Virus record (IMG/VR): IMGVR_UViG_3300034158_000001
Strand: one strand, 5' to 3'
Source: an uncultured virus (IMG/VR IMGVR_UViG_3300034158_000001)
Lineage: Duplodnaviria > Heunggongvirae > Uroviricota > Caudoviricetes
Length of the DNA stretch: 64,000 nt
The notes under the pieces are model-generated. The model was given only the letters and a program-made list of their open reading frames with translations. It searched no databases and was not told where the DNA came from. Below are positions 17,578 through 23,678 of this stretch, in pieces; within the stretch, counting starts at the first letter, position 1; every line of letters begins with the position of its first letter. Both the position numbers and the translations under genes were made by a program.

Positions 17578-17775
17578 ATGAGTCGATGCAAGTGCTGCGA
17601 CGTACCACTGAGTAATAATGACAGTCCTGCGTGGAATAAGCTGGCGAATAAAGAGGAAGACCTCTGTAGCTGGTGCAGGAATCTTGTGTATAATTCGTAC
17701 ACAGAGCGTGAGTACGTGTGCGGAAGGTATCCAGTTGATGGGTTGACTGGACCGACACCAGTACAAAGTCAATAA
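17578..17775 (+). CDS. Small zinc-binding protein
   Basis: CKCC...CSWC motif; AAGGA RBS. Confidence 0.65.
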   Translation: MSRCKCCDVPLSNNDSPAWNKLANKEEDLCSWCRNLVYNSYTEREYVCGRYPVDGLTGPTPVQSQ

Positions 17776-17801
17776 AATATAAAATAAACCCGATAAAGGG
17801 G

Positions 17802-17829
17802 TTGACATACTGTGCAATCATGATAGAAT
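17802..17829 (+). promoter_or_regulatory. Promoter TTGACA-N16-TAGAAT
   Basis: Direct reading. Confidence 0.75.
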
Positions 17830-17929
17830 AACTGTACTTAGGCACTAAAGCCATACAAGTTATGTGAGTGGAGCATACCTGTTTCCTCCTCCTTTCGGGT
17901 TGTAAGTCTACCACTCACACCTATTTAGA

Positions 17930-18262
17930 ATGGAGAATGCGATGGAACAGAGAAATAAAGGTGGTCGTCCTACGAAGGCAGAAGTCGCTGCCCGTGGAAT
18001 CACAAAGACAGAACTAGAAACAGGGTTGAAAATCCTCAAAAGAATTTTTGGATCAGCTCTTGACACAATGATTGAAATAAGCGACAATGCTGAACTTGGA
18101 ATAAAAGACAGATTCAAGATGAAACAAGAGTTGGTGAATATGTACATCAACCTAGTCAAGTCTGATCAGGCTCTTAAGATACAGCTAAGTAAAGGTACTG
18201 ATGGCGAAATTGATGAACCTACTGACAAGCCTTTGGCACCAGTATTCAATTTCGCAAAGTAA
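17930..18262 (+). CDS. Probable terminase small subunit
   Basis: N-terminal NKGGRPTK motif, helical core, size and position upstream of TerL. Confidence 0.5.
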   Translation: MENAMEQRNKGGRPTKAEVAARGITKTELETGLKILKRIFGSALDTMIEISDNAELGIKDRFKMKQELVNMYINLVKSDQALKIQLSKGTDGEIDEPTDKPLAPVFNFAK

Positions 18263-18268
18263 AGACAT

Positions 18269-18344
18269 GAGACGCAGACCGATCGGTGTAGGTATCGACC
18301 TTTTAAGTCGAGTTTGCTTGGTTCGATTCCAAGGCGTCCCACCA
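18269..18344 (+). tRNA. tRNA-Lys(TTT), atypical
   Basis: TCGAC ct TTT aa GTCGA arm; GTTCGATTC T-loop; CCA; A2-C71 mismatch. Confidence 0.8.
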
Positions 18345-18349
18345 AATAT

Positions 18350-18439
18350 AGCGGATTGGCAGAGAGGCTTAATGCAACGCTTTGCTAAAGCGTCGGCCCA
18401 GAAATGGGTCCGTAGGTTCGAATCCTACATCCGCTACCA
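18350..18439 (+). tRNA. tRNA-Ser(GCT)
   Basis: ACGCT tt GCT aa AGCGT arm; long variable arm; CCA. Confidence 0.9.
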
Positions 18440-18561
18440 GAATGATCGTGTCGCTCACGGTATGACAAACACTAGACAGTGAGGGTTCTGCTGTCTCTTC
18501 ATGGAGTGGTATTGAGGCCATTCATTGGGGTAAGAGTCCCCACAGGCAACCTCTAAATTTT

Positions 18562-18655
18562 GGGTAGTAATGCAGCGGGGTTGGTCCTGCGACTAGTCTT
18601 GAAAACTAGGTTCTGGCGTGAGCCGGATGGGGTTCGACTCCTCTGCTGCCCGCCA
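18562..18655 (+). tRNA. tRNA-Ser(TGA), 8/4 fold
   Basis: CTAGT ct TGA aa ACTAG arm; 8-bp acceptor, 4-bp T stem; G73; CCA. Confidence 0.85.
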
Positions 18656-18673
18656 AACATTGAAGGAGATACA

Positions 18674-19231
18674 ATGATTTATCTTAAGTGGTTTGTACTG
18701 GCTATCTTGGATTTACTGCTGACACTCACTGTATTGGTTGCCGCACCTATCATTGCACTCTTCACAAGGGAACAGGCTTATGGAAAGCCTGAGTATACTT
18801 GGGGCTGGCTGTGGGGCACATACGACAACCCACCTCAAGGTGACGAAGGTTATGTAGCTAAGCGTGCAATGTTCTTAAACGCGACAACAGGGATCAAAGG
18901 TTATGTGAACCGTGTAATGTGGATGTTCAGAAACCCTCTTTATGGGTTCTCTCGACGTGCAGCATTGTCTTACAGAGACACATACACAATCGTAACAACT
19001 GGAAATCCTGATATCAGCGACAAGTACAAGATTCCAGGAAGTATGACAACAAAACTGTATGACGGCAAGAAGCTTATCGGCTTTGAGTACTACCTTATCA
19101 AGCCTTGGTCTGAGACAAAAGACCTTCGTATGAGACTCGGATGGAAGATCACAACAGAGAAGTTTGCCTTAAACGGTTTCGCTCCTCTGGTTGTTACTGC
19201 CAATCCGCTTGATGGCTACGGTAATGACTGA
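18674..19231 (+). CDS. Hypothetical membrane-anchored protein within the tRNA cluster
   Basis: AAGGAG RBS, N-terminal TM helix, W..TYDNP..GD and WMFRNP motifs. Confidence 0.75.
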   Translation: MIYLKWFVLAILDLLLTLTVLVAAPIIALFTREQAYGKPEYTWGWLWGTYDNPPQGDEGYVAKRAMFLNATTGIKGYVNRVMWMFRNPLYGFSRRAALSYRDTYTIVTTGNPDISDKYKIPGSMTTKLYDGKKLIGFEYYLIKPWSETKDLRMRLGWKITTEKFALNGFAPLVVTANPLDGYGND

Positions 19232-19336
19232 CAGAATACTCCTGAAGCTTCAAGCGCCTTGGGAATATGTCGTATAACCAACATACGACTTGACGCTCAG
19301 GAGACAGCGTGCTATAAATGTCTCCCACGAATTAAG

Positions 19337-19411
19337 GGGTCTTGATTGTGATAGCAGCATGCTGGCCTCCAAAGCCATGCGGACTGGGAGCGTAACCTAG
19401 ATGGCCCGCCA
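19337..19411 (+). tRNA. tRNA-Trp(CCA), atypical T-loop
   Basis: TGGC ct CCA aa GCCA arm; CTGGG agcgtaa CCTAG T-arm; GCCA end. Confidence 0.7.
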
Positions 19412-19417
19412 AACAAT

Positions 19418-19492
19418 GCTGGTATGGTGTATTGGATGCACAAGGGTCTTCTAAGCCCTCAAGGGTTGGTTCGAATCCAACTACCAGCACCA
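19418..19492 (+). tRNA. tRNA-Arg(TCT)
   Basis: AGGGT ct TCT aa GCCCT arm; canonical T-arm; CCA. Confidence 0.9.
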
Positions 19493-19582
19493 TATGTGCA
19501 AATAGTTTTAAATAAACGCTTGACAGATTAGATTTGTCGTGTTTTAATACTCATATGAATCAAACACAAAGGAGAGATACAG

Positions 19583-19705
19583 ATGGCAAAGTATTACGAT
19601 GCAACTAAAGAACACGCTCCGGTTGACAAGACACGCTTGAAAGACAGCAAAGGTCGTCACCCAAACAAGAATAAACAGGGCAAGCCACCAAGCGTGGTAA
19701 GCTAA
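19583..19705 (+). CDS. Small basic protein (40 aa)
   Basis: MAKYYDATKEHAPVDKTRLKDSKGRHPNKNKQG...; AAGGAG RBS; TTGACA promoter at 19520. Confidence 0.6.
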   Translation: MAKYYDATKEHAPVDKTRLKDSKGRHPNKNKQGKPPSVVS

Positions 19706-19747
19706 ATGAGACAAGAAATTGATCTTGGCTTCGTATAAAGATTTAAT

Positions 19748-19824
19748 GCACCACTCGTCTACGAGGTTTAGGATATGAGGTTTTCACCCTCATGAACGGG
19801 GTTCGAGTCCCCGGTGGTGTACCA
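19748..19824 (+). tRNA. tRNA-Glu(TTC)
   Basis: TGAGG tt TTC ac CCTCA arm; CCA. Confidence 0.9.
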
Positions 19825-19939
19825 CATTTGAATGATAAATACGTCCAGCTAATCGGCGGAAGGAACAACTCAACAGCCCATTGAAATAGATGGTATTGAG
19901 CCTAAGATGAAAGTCACCGATATTCATTCAAAGCTACAT

Positions 19940-20015
19940 GGCTTATGTTTCCTCTGGGAAGGAAGGCACACTGTCTATGTGTCAGTTGAGGGTTCGAATC
20001 CCTTATAGGTCGCCA
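19940..20015 (+). tRNA. tRNA-Asp(GTC)
   Basis: GCACA ct GTC ta TGTGT arm; G73; CCA. Confidence 0.85.
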
Positions 20016-20019
20016 ATTT

Positions 20020-20093
20020 GCCCTTTTAGTATATTGGTATTACTCGGCCTTTGTAACGCTGAAAACGCAGTTCGATTCTGTGATGGGGCACCA
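20020..20093 (+). tRNA. tRNA-Thr(TGT)
   Basis: Loop tt TGT aa; GCC.../...GGC acceptor; CCA. Confidence 0.8.
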
Positions 20094-20192
20094 AATTTGA
20101 CAGCACCAACGCCTTATGGTATTGTCCGTCACTTAGCTAGGCTTGGCTTATCAGGTAGAAGCCCGTACCTCCAAAACCTGATATAAATTTTT

Positions 20193-20267
20193 AGTTGCTT
20201 GGCCGATTGGATTAGGCAAAGGTCTACGAAGCCTTTTAGAGTGGTTCGATCCCACTAGTGACTACCA
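20193..20267 (+). tRNA. tRNA-Arg(ACG)
   Basis: AAGGT ct ACG aa GCCTT arm; CCA. Confidence 0.88.
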
Positions 20268-20273
20268 AACAAT

Positions 20274-20347
20274 TGCTCGTTAGCATAGTGGTAATGCAGT
20301 CGGCTGATAACCGTCTTAGGGGTGTTCAATTCACTCACGAGCAACCA
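20274..20347 (+). tRNA. tRNA-Ile(GAT)
   Basis: CGG ct GAT aa CCG arm; TGCTCGT/ACGAGCA acceptor; CCA. Confidence 0.85.
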
Positions 20348-20478
20348 AATTCTGCGTAAACCAGAAACAAGATTCCTTTTACGGCTTTTAGAAGGGATCG
20401 GGAAACAAAGGGGTAAGAACTTTAGCGAGTTCGAATGTCTCAGACTAAGCCGTTGAAAGACAACGCGAATACTACAGG

Positions 20479-20554
20479 TGCGGTCAGGTGAACTGGTGGA
20501 CACAGCAGCCTCATAAGCTGAATAAGGTGAGTTCGATTCTCACGTCCGCAACCA
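20479..20554 (+). tRNA. tRNA with CAT anticodon (Met or Ile2)
   Basis: CAGC ct CAT aa GCTG arm; CCA. Confidence 0.85.
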
Positions 20555-20623
20555 AACACCGTGCTCCCCACGGGTACAGCCAGATAGAGTGTGCTGTATA
20601 AATATAGTCTCTATCAGAATTAT

Positions 20624-20700
20624 AGGTAATGATCTCACCGGGCGTGGGTCGCTGGCTGTTAACCAGCAGATGGGAGGTTCGAGTCCTCTATTACCTGCCA
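20624..20700 (+). tRNA. tRNA-Asn(GTT)
   Basis: GCTGG ct GTT aa CCAGC arm; G73; CCA; unusual D-arm. Confidence 0.85.
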
Positions 20701-20706
20701 AACAAA

Positions 20707-20795
20707 GCGTCGTGATTTATGGGGACTGGGATTCCCGCTGGGCTGTAAACCCGGTGTCCAAGACTGCGTGGTTCGATTCCGACCATGACGCACCA
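20707..20795 (+). tRNA. tRNA-Tyr(GTA), atypical
   Basis: CTGGG ct GTA aa CCCGG arm; long variable arm; CCA. Confidence 0.8.
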
Positions 20796-20816
20796 ATTAA
20801 GATGTAGAAGATTTAA

Positions 20817-20890
20817 CTAGATGAAGCGTTACGGTAGCGTACTGGCTTTGGAAGCCTGTGGCGGTGGTTCGACTCCACCCATCTAGACCA
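20817..20890 (+). tRNA. tRNA-Pro(TGG)
   Basis: Loop tt TGG aa; CTAGATG/CATCTAG acceptor; CCA. Confidence 0.88.
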
Positions 20891-20894
20891 ATTT

Positions 20895-20968
20895 GGGCTT
20901 GTGGTAAAACGGGAATACGCGGTCTTTGCAAGTCCGAGTTCAGGGTTCGACTCCCTGCTGGTCCACCA
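20895..20968 (+). tRNA. tRNA-Ala(TGC)
   Basis: Loop tt TGC aa; G3:U70 identity pair; CCA. Confidence 0.85.
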
Positions 20969-20985
20969 AATAAGGAGTGCTTAAT

Positions 20986-21141
20986 ATGAGAGTCCGAGTA
21001 AAACAAACCAAGAAGAAGTTTGCTATGATGCCCTGCGGGTGTTGTGAGAGGGTTTATTACAAGGAGAAGAGTCTGGATAAGCAGACCCTCAAAGAAGCAC
21101 TTGAAGAAATAAGCAATACGCTTGACTGTGACGTCGTGTAG
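20986..21141 (+). CDS. Small protein (51 aa) overlapping the 5' end of tRNA-His
   Basis: TAAGGAG RBS; MRVRVKQTKKKFAMMPCGCCERVYY... Confidence 0.55.
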   Translation: MRVRVKQTKKKFAMMPCGCCERVYYKEKSLDKQTLKEALEEISNTLDCDVV

Positions 21142-21201
21142 TCTGGGACTACCTTCCGGTTGTGACCCGGTTGTTAGAGATCGAAACTCTGCGTCACCCC
21201 A
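21128..21201 (+). tRNA. tRNA-His(GTG), atypical
   Basis: CCGG tt GTG ac CCGG arm; C73; CCA; no encoded G-1. Confidence 0.75.
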
Positions 21202-21207
21202 AATTAT

Positions 21208-21292
21208 GGGCCAGTGGTGGAACTGGTATACACAGCAGTCTTAGAAACTGCCGCCGAAAGGATTGAGGGATCGTGACCCTCTTGGCCCACCA
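21208..21292 (+). tRNA. tRNA-Leu(TAG)
   Basis: GCAGT ct TAG aa ACTGC arm; variable arm; CCA. Confidence 0.9.
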
Positions 21293-21299
21293 AATTATG

Positions 21300-21374
21300 T
21301 CCTTCTTGCCTGAGCGGCTAGGGTGCTGATTGCAAACCAGTAATAGATCGGTTCAACTCCGATAGAAGGCTCCA
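21300..21374 (+). tRNA. tRNA-Cys(GCA)
   Basis: Loop tt GCA aa; U73; CCA. Confidence 0.8.
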
Positions 21375-21379
21375 AACAT

Positions 21380-21455
21380 GCGTGATTCGTATAGAGGTCT
21401 AATACTCTCGGCTTCCACCCGAGTAACCAGGGTTCGACTCCCTGATCCCGCACCA
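21380..21455 (+). tRNA. tRNA-Gly(TCC)
   Basis: CTCGG ct TCC ac CCGAG arm; CCA. Confidence 0.88.
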
Positions 21456-21540
21456 ATTTTGAAGATGGTGGTTAAATCCCAACCCCAAGCGGTTAAATGC
21501 ACCGGCTTGCGATTCAGTGAGAGTATCTTCAATCTCTTTT

Positions 21541-21616
21541 GCATTCTAAGCTAACTAGGTAGAAGCACTGGCTTGAAACCCCAGATGACGTGGATCGATA
21601 CCACGAGAATGCACCA
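21541..21616 (+). tRNA. tRNA-Phe(GAA)
   Basis: Loop tt GAA ac; GCATTCT/AGAATGC acceptor; CCA. Confidence 0.85.
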
Positions 21617-21622
21617 ATAAAA

Positions 21623-21701
21623 TTAGTCACATGTTGGTTCGATTCCAACCTCAGCGCCCTGGTGTGTTAGAGTAGCATTGATGGTTCATGCAGGCTAACC
21701 A
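21623..21701 (+). ncRNA. Circularly permuted tRNA-like RNA (YrlA-like topology)
   Basis: T-arm precedes a loop-closed acceptor-like stem and a D-arm; ends pair as TTAGTC/GGCTAA, followed by CCA. Confidence 0.65.
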
Positions 21702-21764
21702 AACACAGACAACTGACCCACCCTTACATAGCTGCGTGCTATCATCTCAGTCTGTCTTGTCAGA

Positions 21765-21788
21765 TTACCCTCCCAGTGAGGGTTTTCC
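21765..21788 (+). terminator. Terminator ending the tRNA operon
   Basis: ACCCTC ccagt GAGGGT followed by TTT. Confidence 0.65.
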
Positions 21789-21831
21789 TGTTTCTGCCAT
21801 TCCGGCACAATAAAACACAAGAGGAATAAAA

Positions 21832-22053
21832 ATGCTTTCTATTGACGACCAATACAAACTTGTTGCAAAGCTTGGCCTTATTGAAGGCATCAAAGCTGGT
21901 GCATTCGCTGACTCAACAGCTAGCAAAGCCGCTCTAGCAGCACTAGTCGCTGTAACATCCCCAAACGCTACTGACCTTCCAACAGCTCTGACTCTTGTAA
22001 ATGAAATCAAGACTAAGTTGAATGCTGTTATCGCAGCTCTAAAAACTGCTTGA
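21832..22053 (+). CDS. Small Ala-rich protein, possibly virion-associated
   Basis: 73 aa, GAGGA RBS, C-terminal amphipathic helix (LNAVIAALK). Confidence 0.6.
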   Translation: MLSIDDQYKLVAKLGLIEGIKAGAFADSTASKAALAALVAVTSPNATDLPTALTLVNEIKTKLNAVIAALKTA

Positions 22054-22085
22054 CATGTATTTTCAATAAATGTTATGCTTAGGGG

Positions 22086-22113
22086 TTGACAACTGTCAAT
22101 TCCAATGTACAAT
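22086..22113 (+). promoter_or_regulatory. Promoter TTGACA-N16-TACAAT upstream of terL
   Basis: Direct reading. Confidence 0.75.
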
Positions 22114-22199
22114 AACATACATAGAGGGCAATCCTCTAGCAGGAAACAGGGATGTGGCTTCGGCCACGCCCTTTAATTTCATTAAAATGAGGACAGGCA

Positions 22200-23669
22200 A
22201 TGGCTGACGATATGGTCTTTGACTTGGACCCTAACGTTATCGGGCCAAAGTCGAAAAAGCAATATGACTTCATGCACAGCGAAGCAGACATCACCGTGTT
22301 CGGTGGAGCGGCTGGAGCTGGCAAGAGTTATCTGGGTGTTATGGACTTCCTTAAACATATCCAGTATCCAAATTTCCGTGGTTGTATGGTAAGACGTACA
22401 ACTCCACAGTTGAAAGGTCCAGGCGGTCTCCAAGAGAAAGCAGAAGAACTTTTCAGACTGATCGATCCAAAGGTAAGATGGCGTGATAAAGAACACCACT
22501 TCCTCTTCTCTAACGGAGCTAAGATTTACCTCCGTCACTTTGAAAACCCTAAAGACACTGAGAACTTCCAAGGCTGGGAAGTAAACCACTTCCTTGTGGA
22601 CGAAGGCCAGCAATTCGAAGAGATGATGGTTGAATACCTAACCTCTCGTATGCGTAACCCAAAGTGTCCAGAAGTTAAACCTCACATGAAGATCACTTGC
22701 AACCCTGACTATGGTAGTTTCCTTCGTCATTGGTTGGAGTGGTGGCTCGACCCAGACACTGGAATCCCTATTCCAGAGCGTGATGGAGTTGTCCGCTACT
22801 TCCTAAAGCTAGATGGTAAGATGGTTTGGGGCTCTTCTAAGGCAGAGTTGATTGAGAAGTACGGTAAGCCAAACTTATCCGCTGATCATAAAAACCAAGT
22901 TAAACCGCTCAGCTTCAAATTCATTGCAGCCAACGTTTACGACAACCCAGTACTTTGTAATGCACAACCAGAATATGTTGGTTGGCTAGAAGGCTTGGGT
23001 CGTGTTGAGAAAGAACGTCTACTTTATGGTAGCTGGCTGGCACGTGCTGAGGGTACTGGTTACTTCAAATCTCAATGGTGCAACATGGTAACTCAACGTG
23101 ACATTGCTTCTGTGAAGCGTGTACGTGCATGGGATATCAGTGGCTCCGTTCCCTCTGAAACCAATCGTAACCCTGACTGGACTGCTGGAGTTCTAATGAG
23201 CCGCAGTAAGTTGGGAACCTATACAGTTGAAGATGTTGTTCGTGATCGTCGCCGTCATGGTGGTGTGTTTGAACTCATTCTGGAAACTGCAAGGCACGAT
23301 GGTGATGACGTTCAAATTATCATTCCTTGTGACCCTGGTGCTGCCGGTAAGGCTTACGCTGCTCAACTCATTCGTGACTTGGCAGATCATGGGTTCTACG
23401 CAAGAATGAAACAAACAAACAAATCGAAGGTGACTCGGTTCGCCCCGTTTGCTGCTATTGCAGAAGCTGGTAGTGTGGAGATTATCGAGGCTGACTGGAC
23501 TAAAGACTTTCTGTTGGAACTTGAACGCTTCGACGGTAGCAAGAATATTAAGGATGACCAAGTGGACGCCACATCTGATGCCTTCCACGCACTATCATCT
23601 GAACAATACTTGCCTGACTTCTCTCTTCCAGTAATGACCCAGACAAACCCTTTCGCATTTTATAGATAA
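22200..23669 (+). CDS. terL: Terminase large subunit
   Basis: GGAAGAGKS Walker A, LVDEGQQ Walker B, TCNP, RAWD nuclease and DDQVDA motifs. Confidence 0.95.
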   Translation: MADDMVFDLDPNVIGPKSKKQYDFMHSEADITVFGGAAGAGKSYLGVMDFLKHIQYPNFRGCMVRRTTPQLKGPGGLQEKAEELFRLIDPKVRWRDKEHHFLFSNGAKIYLRHFENPKDTENFQGWEVNHFLVDEGQQFEEMMVEYLTSRMRNPKCPEVKPHMKITCNPDYGSFLRHWLEWWLDPDTGIPIPERDGVVRYFLKLDGKMVWGSSKAELIEKYGKPNLSADHKNQVKPLSFKFIAANVYDNPVLCNAQPEYVGWLEGLGRVEKERLLYGSWLARAEGTGYFKSQWCNMVTQRDIASVKRVRAWDISGSVPSETNRNPDWTAGVLMSRSKLGTYTVEDVVRDRRRHGGVFELILETARHDGDDVQIIIPCDPGAAGKAYAAQLIRDLADHGFYARMKQTNKSKVTRFAPFAAIAEAGSVEIIEADWTKDFLLELERFDGSKNIKDDQVDATSDAFHALSSEQYLPDFSLPVMTQTNPFAFYR

Positions 23670-23678
23670 GGAGCAATA

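Noticed and set aside
18562..18655. Selenocysteine or opal-suppressor tRNA
   Set aside because: The anticodon is TGA (reads UCA, Ser); Sec requires anticodon TCA.
18560..18673. N-terminal extension of the 223-aa ORF
   Set aside because: It overlaps tRNA-Ser(TGA); the real start is ATG 18674 with an AAGGAG RBS.
19938..21544. Short ORF-track calls across the tRNA cluster
   Set aside because: They coincide with tRNA genes and lack an RBS.
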